Source: Eledone cirrhosa
Taxonomy: Eukaryota
DNA length: 64,000 nt
Assembly (NCBI GenBank): GCA_964016885.1
Contig: OZ024746.1
Coordinates: forward strand, 33,852,001 to 33,916,000
Direction: 5' to 3'
The translations under genes were made by a program, and so were the position numbers. Positions 1 to 13,500 of the stretch are shown in pieces; the stretch's first letter is position 1; each line of letters starts with the position of its first letter. The notes beneath the pieces are model-generated. The model did not search any database. It saw nothing but the letters and a program-made list of their open reading frames with translations, and had not been told where the DNA came from.

Positions 1-1539
1 TTATGCGAGTTTAATCAATTAATTCCAATATAAGCCGGATTAAACATTCTGCGTCATTCGTAGACTGCTACACATCGGCTTATTGCTATACGAATGAATA
101 GGAAGACAAGGTTGTATTTCTCGTATTTCAATTTATTTAATATATTTCCGTTATATGCATTTTCTGAAATGGATTTTACGTAACCTACAACGAGACAACA
201 CACTTTCGTGAGACGACTTAACAAAAAGCAATAAAAACACCAAAAATAATTACATGAACTTAGTTCCATGCTGGGCTAAAAAATTCGTTTTTTACCTTAC
301 AGCAAGAGTAAATTCGGCAGGATATAATCTCAGTGTATAAAGAACAAAAGCAAACTCAGATAATTTTATTCGACGCGCCTACGAATTTTCTAGTATTCCT
401 ACATTCCTAATTATAATGGTTTCTATTTTAAGCACCAGGGCAACAATTTAACCGGAGAAAATATTCGATTCAATCGACTTCCGTGCATGACTGTCATTTT
501 AGTTTATAAGTCAAGAAATATCAAAGGTACACATGAACTGAGAGATATTTGAAATGATGTCAGTAAGAGTCAGAAGAAACCACACAAGGAATTTTCTTCG
601 GCGTACTAAGGATTAACCAATTCACGGCCCTGACTAACCACGTAAATAATGATATTATCAATGCGGAGTTTGAATTTAGAACTTACCGCCATAATATTGG
701 GTGTATTTCGAATGAATTAAATGCTGACATATCCGTCAATAAAAACTTAACGTACATGACGGAACGATTGAAAAAATACATTTCCATATATGCTGCCAAA
801 TTTCTAGTAGAAATAAACAATATGGGGAAAGGAAAGAATATCTTTTCGAAAAAGATAGTATAATGTACTGACCATTACCGAAGATTTAAGGCGTGAAGCC
901 AACAATTTGAAAATGGTGTATGGAGGTACTTTTCTTTATCAGATTATAAGATGTATACGTTGTATCTAAGCAATTTGCACCCGTGCCGTGCACATTACTT
1001 TAGACATAGGTAGTTTCTATATTATCTGCGGAATCCGATTGTTCTGATAAACAATAGTTCACATAAGATGCTGAAAGAGACCAAGAAATCTGACGTCATG
1101 CATTTATGAAACTAAAATCATGAAAATCACATGAAAGGCGAAGGATCTATCCAAAACTTATAAAAAACAATGTTGTGTCTTTGGAGCCACAGTGTCTAGC
1201 GCATTCAGTATGAAGTTTCAAAATCAAAGCTTCCCATGATTATACCAAACATTACATTATAGTGTGATTCAGATGTTATTTTATATGCCTTTATGTTTAC
1301 CATTTGCTTTATATTATTGAATGCCTAACGCCAGAGTCGAAATAACAGCATGTTCAATGTATTTACTTAAAAGCAATATATAAAAAAGTAAACTTAGGAG
1401 ATTAATAGAAACGATGGCTGACAAAGCAATATTTTACTTTAAAATGGTGAATTTCATTTTCCATATATGTTTTTAAAGGTATTTTATTTCATCCCTTCCC
1501 TCTTATTCAAATTCATTCTTGCTCTCTCTGTCTCATTCT

Positions 1540-1914
1540 CACACTTTCCTCTCTCCGCCCCCCCCCCTCTCTCTCTCTCTCTCACACACTCTCTTTCACT
1601 CACTCACTTTTTCTTTTATCCCACTCTCTTTATCGTTTACTGCACTCTGCATAGTAGCTATTTGAGGTAGACATGAAAATATATGTTTAACAAAAGAACA
1701 AAGGGAGTTTGAGAAAACCATTCCTAATGACTTATATTTGTGAAAAAATATATACACACACCCCAATATACACACACACACACGCATACACACTCACATA
1801 TATATATGTATGTATATATATATATATATATGTACATATGTATATATGGAGAAATAAATAGATAGGTAGATAGATAAGGTATATATATATATATATATAT
1901 ACATAGAGAGAGAG

Positions 1915-1985
<71 letters not shown>
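1540..1985. repeat. Compound microsatellite block (CT)n, (CA)n, (TA)n, (GA)n
   Basis: Simple repeats read directly from the sequence. Confidence 0.95.
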
Positions 1986-1986
<1 letters not shown>

Positions 1987-3934
1987 AGTTTGTAATTGTA
2001 AAAAGAGAATAGATACGTGAAATACAGAGTGAGAGAGATTACAAAGAGTATTGTTGTTTTGCTCTGAAACTTATTCTTTACATGCAATTTTTTTTATAGA
2101 AGCAGGCATACTAAAATTAATCTATATTTACAGTAAAACTAAAGCAAAAGGTCTTACAAATAATACCTCAAGAGATTTGCATATATGGTTTCAACAAAAA
2201 ATTTCCGATTGCAGAATTTTTTTATTTTTACATTGATGACAAGTTCAATAAATTTTGATGTAATTTCTAATTTTGTTGTCATGTTTTACATTCTAACTAA
2301 ACATTCAAAACATAGCATTTCATTTTTCGTATCAGCATCGGTAGGAGATATATTAAATTAGCTGGTGACCTTCTTAAAACATGGGAGTCTATTTGATGTA
2401 ATAAACAATTATATACATGATTGTTGACTTCAGAATAAGAAAAGGGGCACAAAAAATGTGTTCTACATTGTTACCTCACTTTATATACTTGGTTGTTATA
2501 TTCCCATATATCAATTTTATGAGCTATATATTTTTCTATTTTGGAGTTTGTGTTTCACTTTTTATTACAATTACTACAGAATATATCCTATCATTTAGTC
2601 TTTCAGTGTTCAGACAACTTCATGACATGAAGATAGGTTATTGATATGCCCTCATATATTTAATGAAGTGTTTAAACCTCTCTAGCTTTTGAAGTGTTTA
2701 CGGTGTATCTTGTTGATTTTGTCTGTTGTTCTTTTATATTTTAGTTATTGTTTCAATAAAACACTCCATAATACTTCTAGTCAATTGTGTATGATGTCAC
2801 TTACTCTGTTTGTATTTGGGTGTGGATCTAAGTGCATATGATTCCTATCAAGGTAAACGCAGATGGCCATTCTGTGTTAATCGTTTACTTGTGTTTCGAT
2901 TTTTGCTCTCAATTTTTTTTTCTTACCTCTGTACATTTAATTTCTCTTTCATTTACTTCAGTAATGATAGGCTCCACCCTCTTGAGTTCTTCCGTGCGTG
3001 GGAACTAGCTTTTGCGGATAAATATTTTGTTGTATTTGAATATTTATTTTGTTTAAAAGCTGGTCTATATCGCCCTTGAAATATTTTGGCCTCTCATTGA
3101 ATAAATCCTCATAATTTTCTTTGTGTTTAATACACTTCTTTACGTATTTATTCGTTTTCCTCCAGAGCATTTATGTGACATCTACAATGCTTTTGTGGTT
3201 TGTATGTAGTATTGCAATGCAGAGTCCCTATAATTCACCCATATGGTTATCTTTTCTCAATCGTTCATTTCTCTTGAAAGTTGACATAATGAGACGACGC
3301 TGTATATTCTATATTATCGTTTAAGAGGATTCCCTTTCTGGGTACCATGTTATAAATCGATGTTCGTGGAGTTATTGCGAGAGACCCTCATTTCATTTCT
3401 CCTTTATTTTCCTTCTCATAAATATATATACGAGCAGAATTAATTGATTGATTTTTCTTTTAAATGTAAAAGCAATGGTTAGTTTCTACACAGATTTATT
3501 TCAAAATTACTCTTTTCTTATGTTGATTTCATCATTGGAAGTTCGTTTTCTATGTGATTTGCTTTGCTAGTTTTGCATGGTTTTGTGCGAGTTTTAATTA
3601 AGCATTACTTTTTAAAAGTAAGGCATTTTCCTACGTGATCTGCAACACTTTTTCTCTTTAGTGATTTGCTTTGAAATTCTTCGTGTTGCTTTCATCTTTC
3701 GCACGTGTTGCATATTGGCTCTCTTAAATACCATACATAAAATGTCATATATACCTTATGAGAAATATTCCAGTTTACTGTCTTGATATTGGTTAAAAGA
3801 TTATTCTTTCCCATTTCTCATTTAGTATATTTTTTGATTTATTGTATTTTGTATAGAGGCTTGGCATTGTAGTCTATAATATTTATATACTCAGAGTTTC
3901 CTTGTCAGAGCTTCAACCCTCAATCAATAAAAGA

Positions 3935-4576
3935 CAGAGCGGGACCGCTTGAAAACTGGAATGTCTTCAAGAGCTCATACGGGCAGTGCGATTGGTGAAA
4001 GTCCACCTTGGGGCTCTATAGAGGATTAGGGGGGGGGGTACATATGCCGACGTTCTTGTGGTGACTCTCGGTATTGACAAACATCAACTGGCCACTCTTT
4101 TCCAGAGGAGTTTCCGTCCATTACCCATGGATAACTTCCAGAAATCCCTGGCCTGGCAGTGCTACCAAGAAGGGTGCCGTTTCAGGATAGAATCTACAGA
4201 CATGTGAATACCGTCAGCCATCCCTTTCTGAGATGCATACAGGGCGCGAAAATTGTCGAGTATCAGAATATAGCTGGCTTGAGGCTTTATGTCGAACACC
4301 TGCTGTCAAGTGTTGCACGGATCCTTTAGAGGGGAAAGACAGGCTGTTTTTATTGTTCAGTCAGTGTTTGCATGGAAATTACGTAGGAATGAAACATCAG
4401 GTGGTTATGGATTGGTGGGGTTTCTGAGTCACCCCTGGATGGTTCTTCCCATTATTGGGTAATTTGTTATTGTTTGTTAATTTTTCCCTTTACTGGATTT
4501 TATTGTAAACACCCCACCTTTCCTGTCTTTTAGTATTGTCCCCTGTATATGGGCTTTAGTTGACAGTAAAGAACAC
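3935..4576 (+). mobile_element. Old, decayed 3' fragment of a Tx1-like LINE
   Basis: Aligns by eye to ORF2 at ~13220-13700 (ggaatgtcttca...; atggataacttccagaaatccctggcctggcagtgctacc). Ends in a 3'UTR 'tattgtaaac...tattgtcccct...taaagaa' followed by (ATC)/(ATT)n. Confidence 0.85.
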
Positions 4577-4618
4577 ATCATCATCATTATTATTATTACA
4601 ATCAATAGTAGTAGTAGC

Positions 4619-4698
<80 letters not shown>

Positions 4699-4705
4699 TA
4701 GTAGC

Positions 4706-4757
<52 letters not shown>

Positions 4758-4760
4758 ATC
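4577..4760. repeat. (ATC)/(ATT)/(AGT)n trinucleotide tract
   Basis: Read directly. Lies between the Tx1 3' fragment and the R4-like fragment. Confidence 0.95.
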
Positions 4761-4767
4761 ATGAGTT

Positions 4768-7007
4768 ATGCGCCTGTAACAATCGGGACGAGCTTGATTT
4801 CATGGCAATTCCAAATCCTTATTAACTCCCACTCTAAATCCTGGTATCGGTTAATTTTCTCCCTCTCCTTTTCTTGCACTCTCGTGTCAAATGGGCAGAC
4901 TACATCTACAATCAGGCACGATCTTTTTTCCTTTCCAAAACCACCAGGTCAGGCCTATTGTGTTCTAATTTCTTGTCCGTCTGTATCCTAAAATCCCATA
5001 GCACCTTCACCTGATCGTTTTCTATCACCGACTCTGGCTTATGCTCATACCACTTCTCAGAATGTGGTAAATTGTTTAGTTTGCATAGATGCCAGTGGAT
5101 CACCCTGCCTATCACATGATGTCTCCAGCCTTTATAGTGAGTCTGGGCTTGGTGTTTACACTCGGATACAATGTGAGCCACAGTCTCCTCTCTATCTCCA
5201 CAGATCCTATACAGTGAGCTAGCCTCCTTCTTGTCAATATGGTGTTTCACCCACTTCGTCCTGAGGGCTTGCACTTGCGCAGCCATTAGCATTCCTGCTG
5301 TAGCCTTTTTAAGGTCTCCTCTTTTTAACCAGTTCCATGTCTGTCGATCTCTAAATTCCGTTTACTTAAAGAAGGTACTATGAAGGGATTTTTCATGACG
5401 GTTACTCTTCCTCCTTATTGATAGTTCCTCCTTGGACATCCCCTGGTCTATTGTCTTCTCCTTCAGTACAAATTTGAGCATTGGCTACCTACTGTCAGTC
5501 ACATATTTATGCAGGTTGTTTTCTGAATCTGAACACAGTCCTCTATGCTGATAAAACCTCTTCCACCTTCAGATTTATTTAAGTAGAATCTATCGAAATC
5601 ACTCCCCTTTTGGAACATGTTATAAATAGTCAATAGCTTCCTAGTCTTCCTATCCATTTCGTTTTGTTCAGCAACATTCCATTTCGGAATTCCCCCACTG
5701 TACCTAATAATAGACACAGCTTGGGAATTTACTGCACTAATGACATTTCTAGTATTTAGAGGGTGTGGTTAATGGTGAGCTCTCCTTTTCCTAACTTGTA
5801 TGCTGCTGTCACTTTTCGCAATATAACGGTCAGAACTATCAGAGCAAGGACAAACAGCAGAGGGGATAAACTATCTCCCTGGAAGATACCTCTCTTGATC
5901 TTCACGCCTTTCAAATATTCTCCACCCGATGTTAACTCTGTTTCCCAGGACTTCCTACTTTTGCTCAACAACTGGCTGATATTATCTGCTACCTTGAAGA
6001 TCTCTAGGCTTTTGGTTATCCAAGAATGATGAAATATGTCGAAAACCTTTGTGTCTCCTCTTGCAATTCCTCATTACCATCTTATCAATAAGTAACTGGT
6101 CTTTTGTACCACGGGACTTCGTTCGGCATCCTTTTTGTTCGTCTGGCAACAAGTTGTTTAGAGGTGATGGTAGATTTCATCAGACACAATGTTTGTTAAC
6201 AGTTTCCACATTACGGACAGACATGTAATAGGCGTATAGTTAGTAACATCATTAACCTTGATTCGGTCGTTCCTTACCAGAACGGTGGTAAGTTTTGTCA
6301 ACCACTCTGGTACTTCACCCGACATCAAGCAGTCATTGGATATGGTTGTCAGTTCCTCTATGATAATATTTAGCTTTTTCCCCTAGTTTTGGATTTTATT
6401 TCCAATCTGTCTTTAGTGTCTGTGTTTTGCAATGTCCCTTTCAGTAAGGATTCAAGCTTTCCAAAGTCTTTTCTCATTTCCTTGATTTGACCATTCAGTC
6501 GTTTCTTCCACCAAGGTTCTGACCTTTCTTGTTTGTTGTTTCCTCTAGTTTTCATGCCAAGTATTTTCCTCACGTCATTTGCGGTTGCTTTGAGGATATT
6601 GTTGCATTGGTGAAGGTTCCTCGGCTCAAGGTATGGGATGACTTTGTTTACCTTAGCTGTTGTTTCTTTTAACTTTTTCCTGTATACAAATCTTAGGTTC
6701 ATACGTTTTCCACTATCATTGTTCCTTTCATCTACCACTAAGTTCAGGTTATCAACCAAATCTTGTCCTAGCCCGTCAGAATTAATTTCCTCAATGGTCG
6801 TATCTTTGTTACAGATGTTATTTATTTCAGCATTCAAATCATTGTCTGCTTCAGACGTTTCCCCAGGTCCCTCAACCTCTTCACCTTCATTTCCCATTGG
6901 CTCGTTTGCCTGAGATACTCCACTCTCTATTTCCAACTTAATCTCTCTGCTCAGTTCCTCCAATTCCAACTCGCTTATCCATCCATTAGTTCTTATTACC
7001 CGAGCCT
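4768..7007 (-). mobile_element. Deleted, fragmented R4/Dong-like (RLE) non-LTR retrotransposon
   Basis: ORF pieces include EPWWKKRL, RT RGIFQGDSLSPLLF, knuckle-like RICGDREETVAHIVSEC and RLE WDFRIQTDKKLEHNRPDLVV. Same family as 15398-19137. Confidence 0.9.
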
Positions 7008-7022
7008 CTCAATTTCCACATT

Positions 7023-7053
<31 letters not shown>

Positions 7054-7054
7054 T

Positions 7055-8150
7055 GCATGTATCTTGCTTTATGTTTATACGAGTTATCACCAAGTCACAA
7101 CCAGTGACCTCAAGAGACAACAAGGTCCGCCATGTTCAAGAAAGAACACACATATTCACACATGCATCCTTAGTGTTTAGACTTGTGATGTACTTATATT
7201 GACAGGATCTTCCTTAGTATATGGGCAGTTCCCATTAGTACTATCTTTTGTATTTCTCCTATACGCGGGTTTCCTGGGATTTGCGATAAGTAGTCGTTAG
7301 ACCCCTTAGGTATCATTCCCAGAGCGCCTACAACCACTGGTATTGTTTTAGTTCTCAATTTCCACATTTTTCCAATTTCTATCTCCAGGTCCTTATACTT
7401 GCTCAATTTTTCAAATGTTTTTATAGATACATTCTTGTCTATTGGAACAGACATATCAATTAGCAGGCATACCCTCCTTTGAAAGTCCTTCAATATTATA
7501 TCAGGTCTATTTGCATCTATTTTTCGGTCTGTTTGGATGCTAAAGTTCCACAAGATTGAGATGTGATCTTTTTCAAGTATGGGAGGTGGTTGATGCTCCC
7601 ACCAATTCTTTTGATGGGGCAGGTCAAAATGCTTACACATTATCCAATGTATGTATTGTGCAGCTCTGTCATGCCTGTTTAGGTATTCGGTTGGAGCTAT
7701 AGGACTGCACATTGAAATTATATGGTCAATGGTCTCTGGTTGTTTTTTGCATACACGGCATAATGGGCTGCACCCATTTTTTATTATGTTGGCTTGGTAA
7801 TTTTTTGTTGGCAGACACTGATCTTGTGCGGATATAATCAGTCCTTCAGTCTCCGATTTCAGTCCAGAGGATGCCAACCACTGATGGGTTAAAGTTTTGT
7901 CAACATCAGGATTGTTAGCTCGCTCTGGGTATTTTCCATACAGAGGCTTTTCTTGCCATTTCTTAGCCAGTTTCTGTAGCAGTTATTTCTTTGCAGTTAC
8001 TTTTACCTGCTTTGCTTTTTCTGTGTTTTCCATTTCAGCAGTAAATGGGACTTCTGAAATTTGTAGTCCATTACTGTATCTTTGTGCATCTTTTGTAATG
8101 GAATATGATCTTTTGGTGCTTTCGTGTTTCAAAACGAGTTTGATCATCCA
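7055..8150 (-). mobile_element. 5'-truncated R4/Dong-like LINE, second subfamily, flanked both sides by (ATT/AAT)n
   Basis: ORF 7194-7877 has CRVC..ETIDHIISMC, RHD, RPDI..ID, KLSKYKDL and IPVVVGALG. Repeats at 7026-7053 and 8150-8174. Confidence 0.92.
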
Positions 8151-8386
8151 TTATTATTATTATTATTATTATTGAATGCCATGGTTGACGGAGGCTCGGC
8201 TCTGTAAGGTATAGTAATTTTTAACCGTTAAAACAATTGTAAATTGTTTAAAACTTGAACCAAACTGTTGATAAAGACACCCTCCTCCTCGTGAGAGGGG
8301 TCTTTCTGTCCGTTATTTGGCCCTTCGGGGTTAAATAACCAGTTATTGGGGTTTTGTACCCAAAATTTCATTTTAAACAAAAAAAC

Positions 8387-10481
8387 ATGGCTACCAAAAA
8401 GAAATTTCATACGTCACTCCCACTCATTCCGTCTTCTTCTTCCTCAATCATCACTACAGCAGAGAGAAGATTGTCTCTCTCCCTCCCTTCTTTAAATGTG
8501 TCTCTCTCCCTCCCTTCTCTTTCGCAAGCGACGAAAGAAAAGAAAAGTCTCGTGCAAAGCGTGCAAGGTTTCTCCACGACGACGACGACAGCGACGAAAC
8601 AGGTGTGCGGGAAATACGAAAACCCAGTTCATTCGTCTGACGTCAGGAATAATAGCAGTAGCAGCCGTAATAACAACAGCAACAGTGACAATGAAAACAA
8701 CAGTAGCAGCCGCAACAGCATCACCAGCAGCATAAACAACAACAGCATTAGCAGCAGCAACACCAACAACAACCACAGCAACAGCGGCGGAGGCAGTAGT
8801 CGTAGTACCTGCAGCAACAAAAGTACCAGCAGCTCTGACGACAACAACAACAGCAGAGAAAAACCAATCTCATTTGCAGGTATTGCGAAAAACTTGGAAA
8901 CAATCCTCATAACAAATGAGGAATTAGAGGAAGCGAAGAAGATGGTGACAAAGAACGGACACCGAGCAATCTGCAAGGCAGCGAAAAATTTTTTCGAAAC
9001 CCAAGAGCACTGTACGGTCACGTACCGTACAGTAAGTACAAAATCCCGTAGGGTGGAAAGAGCCACAGAGGCTCAAATACAAAAAGCCTTGGGGTCTGTG
9101 TGGCAGAGGAAAACGCACATCACCCGAGGCAAAAAAATACGCCACCGTAGACGTACTTTTTGCCACACCCCAGGAGGCAAAGGCCCAATCAGTAGTGACC
9201 CTAAGGAGCGAGGAAATGGTGTTGGTGCCCTCCTACTGCGGGCAAAAAATTGTGAGGGTCAAACTGACCCACGTCCCCCCCGTAATGACCCCTTCTTGGC
9301 TGGCCGCGTCTGTCCTCGTCGGAATCGAGGACAAAACAACTGTACTGCAAGTACAGAAAAAAGTAAGAGAAGATTGGGTCGGCTCCTCCATTGAGATGCT
9401 AATCCAAACCAACCTAGAGTGCATCGAAGCTATCCCGGATGTGATAGACTTCGATAACGGCACTCAACTGCCCATAAGTGTTGAGGGCAAACGCCCGAAG
9501 TGCTTTCGCTGTGGATCGAAGACTCACCTCAGGGCCTTCTGCAACGAGAAGACCCTGAGAAAGGAGAAAACCCCCCTCCTTCCGAATCCGGCTCCACGGC
9601 TACCAGCAACAGGACAAGCGGCAACCAGGAACGATAGGTCCGTGGCACCCATACCCACTCCACGGAAATCAAAGACAGCAGCAGCAGTGGAAATATTAAC
9701 AACAACAACAGCAATACCAAATGCAGCTGCAACAGAGACTCCAGTGCAACCATCACCAACAACAACAAGTGAAAGAGTGGAGCTGGTACCCCTCCCCGAC
9801 TTTACAGAATCAGACATGGAGTGTGAGGTGGGAGAGAGATGGCAAAAGGTCGTAAGAAGGCACAAACGCAGAAGCAGCGCATCGTCGCCTTTGAAAAGGG
9901 AGGAAAGAAATGAGAAAAGGGTAAAGTCTACTGCAAAGAGACCCACAGCAGCAACAACACCAACACCATCACCACCCACACTAGCGCCACCATCACCACC
10001 GCCGACAACCCCACCGCCAACAGCACCTTCAACACCACCACCACAAGCACCAACATCGCAAACACAACAACAAAACACACACACCCAGCAACAACGACAA
10101 GAAAATAGCAGAACCACACCCCACCCCCAGAAAAACAAATGCACGGCAATAAATACACACAACAAGAAACTAATGACTTACATAATTGAACACACAGACA
10201 TTTCACAACAGGACTACATAATACCAGCACCAATCAAAACGCCAACTAACATAAGACTGCTAAAAATAGCACAGAAACAATACACAAATATTAAAACGAA
10301 ATTCCCCAACGCAGTTGGTGATTTCAGGGACCTAGGAGGAACCATCAATCGAAGAGTATACTCAGACATTCTCTTAGAAGAGCCGACGACCAGCCGAAGG
10401 GACGATTCAACGGTCCCTTCACCAGACGATCAAGTGAAAAGGGATGTAAAAACCCTCCCTCCTCTACCAAAAGTACGGTAA
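8387..10481 (+). CDS. Tx1-like ORF1 (gag-like, CCHC zinc knuckle), one frameshift at an A7 run (~9131-9137)
   Basis: CFRCGSKTHLRAFC (CX2CX4HX4C). ORFs 8354-9394 and 9195-10481 join as ...HITRGKK/YATVDV..., matching copy B. N/S/T/P low-complexity tracts. Confidence 0.85.
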
Positions 10482-10516
10482 GTGGTCTTTCCCATCTTTT
10501 CCACTCTATTTTAAAC

Positions 10517-13500
10517 ATGACCTCACTCAGAATAGGCAGCATAAATGCGCGTGGCTTGGGGTCGTCATGGAAGCAGGGTCACCTGCTCAACGACCTCAGG
10601 TCACTAAACATAGATGTAGTGGCCATCAGCGAGACCAGAATCTCCGAAGCACGGGCCTTCGCACCGATCTTCGGCGGCTACGATGTGTACGCATCTCCCA
10701 GCCGTCCTGGATCCGGTGCAGGAGTTGCTGTACTTTTTCGGAGAGGTTTGGATCTCGCCATACGGGCCATCTTCCTGGACCCAGAGGGTAAGCTGGTGGT
10801 GCTGGACGTGACCAGCAGAGACGGGCAAGCTTTCAGGCTAGTGGCCGTCTATGCCCCGACAGGAGCAGGGCGGCCTGATTTCTTCCGGCGTCTGGAGACC
10901 TTTCTTGGAACGTCGCGCTCTTTAGTGTTAGTGGGCGACTGGAACGGGATCTTAGATGCTAGCTGGGACTGTGTGGGATTAGCGGATAGGGGTGGAGGGT
11001 GCAAGAGCCTCACCAACCTGCTCAGGCGTTTTGAACTGTCTGACAGGTACCGATTGGATTTCCCGAATGTGCCAATGTGGACTTGGACAAACCGCATAGG
11101 GTCATCCAGATCATATCTAGATAGAGTATTTTGTAGGGAAATAGATAGGTCTAGCATAGGCTGTCCACAATTCAAGATAGTCAGCTACACGGACCACAAA
11201 TTCGTGATCTGTGTGCTTGACTTAGATAGGCTTCATAGACGAGGACCCGGCTACTGGAAGCTAAACGCGTCCTTACCAGCGCGCAAGGCCTACAGAGACC
11301 GGATTAGCGAACTAGTTAAGCGGGCGTTGACGGGGGCCATCGTCAACAACAAGTGGTGGTTTGCTCTGAAAAGAGCGATTAGAATAGAATCGATTAGGTT
11401 TAGTAAGGCTTTAGCAATAGAGAAAAATAGAGCAGAGGGAGAACTAGTTAGAAAATTAGACGAGGCGCTTAGCAAAGGCATTGCGACCGACGTGCTTGCG
11501 GCGAAATTGGCCCTTAACCAATTCTTCAATGCAAAGCACAAAGGCTGCGTTGTCAGAGCTAGGGTGCGTGCTCTCAGACACGAGGGGACGAAAGCCGTTC
11601 AATGGGCCCGAGTGGCGGAGGCGCGTCGTGGCAACAAAGGCACGATCCGGTCTTTGGTGGACCACGACGGGCGCATGCTACTCGATCCCGGGCAAATGTG
11701 TGAAGCTTTTCAGCGACACTTCGCTCAGCTGTTCGGGGGCAGCGGGGGGCCGGGTAGAGGGATGGACTTTAGTGTCTACCTCGACGGACTGCCGCGGCTC
11801 TCGGCCACTGAGGCGAAGTGTTGCGAAAAGCCGATAACAGCCGCTGAAGTACGGGAGGCAATGACTGGCTGCACAAGGGGTAAATCGCCTGGTTTGGATG
11901 GTCTGCCCTATGAACTTTACGTACAGATGCCAGACTTGTTCGGAGGCCTCTTGGCGGACGTCTACTGCAACTGGCAACAGAACGGGAGAATTCCCAGTTC
12001 TGTGAGCCGAGGAGCGGTGGCACTGCTGAGAAAGGATCCGAACAAGGGGGATAACATAGACAATTTCCGGCCCATAACTCTGCTAAACACAGAGTTTAAG
12101 ATTTTGGCCAAGGTGCTAGCAAAGAGGTTGGCGCTTGTCGTTGGTGGTCTGGTGGGAGAGGCGCAGACATGCGCCATTCCCGACAGATCCATCCACGACA
12201 ACCTCCACCTCATGCGATACATCGTAGAGAGGGTAGCTAGGGAACCTGGCACGGGTGGGTCCTTGATCAATTTAGATCAGTCGAAAGCTTTCGATAGGGT
12301 CGACCATCGTTACCTAGCGGCAGTCCTGAGGGCGGCTGGCTTTGGGCCCGTCTTCAGAGGCTGGATCGCTGCCATGCACAGCGACATCTGCTCTGTGGTG
12401 AGAGTGAACGGTCACCTGTCGGAACCGTTCAACATCATGCGCTCGGTCCGCCAAGGATGTCCCCTCTCGTCCCTCTTGTACGTATTGACTCTCGAGCCAT
12501 TACTGCACAAACTGGAGACGTTGAGGGGAGTCCCGCGCGAACTAGGATGCGGAAGATCCGTGTCAGCATATGCGGACGATGTCACCGTAGTGGTGTCGAA
12601 CGCCAAACACATCGAGGCGATCGGCACTACACTAAGAGAATACGAAGCGGTGACAGGAGCAATGATCAACCAGGAAAAGTCAGTGGGCCTGCAGCTCGGC
12701 ACCTGGAGAGGCAGGTCCATGCCGTCCAACAGCGTCGTCGGGCGCTGGACGGACGGACCGGTTAAATTGCTAGGGGTCTGGTTCGGTCCGGACCTCCAGA
12801 CGGACAAAAACTGGGACGAGGTGACGAGCAGGGTGGCTTCTCTCACCCAGAAATGGGCGGAGAGGAAGCTATCCCTGAAAGGTCGAGCGGAGGTGGCTAA
12901 CGCGTACATCGCGTCTGTCATCTGCTACCGCCTGACCGTCGTACCTTGTCCTAAGCTTCGCCTGACTGCGCTGGAGCGTTTGCTCTTTCGCTTTTTGTGG
13001 AAGGGACGTGCTCCGATGGTCAGGCGGTCCATCTGTTGTCAACACCCGCTACGTGGAGGGCTGGGCATGCCGTGGCTGATGATGCGCAGGCACGCGCTCA
13101 GGCTACGACATCTCCACCTCTTCCTCGACGGTGATCAGGTGTGGTCGCCGTTTGCTAGGCGCGTATTACCCCAGCTCGTTTCCTTGACGGAGCTGCAGTC
13201 CTGGGTCAAGCGAAGACCGAGAGGGAGCGCCTGGAGACTGGAATGTCTTCAGGCGCTCACAGCCCTCGACCAATCGGGCAATGTGATCGGTGGAAACTCC
13301 ACCTCGGCGTTCTATAGAGGATTAGTGAAGGGGAAGAGCGACGACGTACTTGGGGAAACTCTAGGCGTCGACGAAAATCAACTAGCCAATCTCTTCGGAA
13401 GAACTTTCGGGCCGGGGCCTATGGACAACTTCCAGAAATCTCTGGCCTGGCAGTGCTACCGAGGAGCCTTGCCAGTTCGGGATAAACTCTACAGGCATGG

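Noticed and set aside
2958-3170. Possible old LINE fragment on the minus strand
   Set aside because: Too degenerate to support
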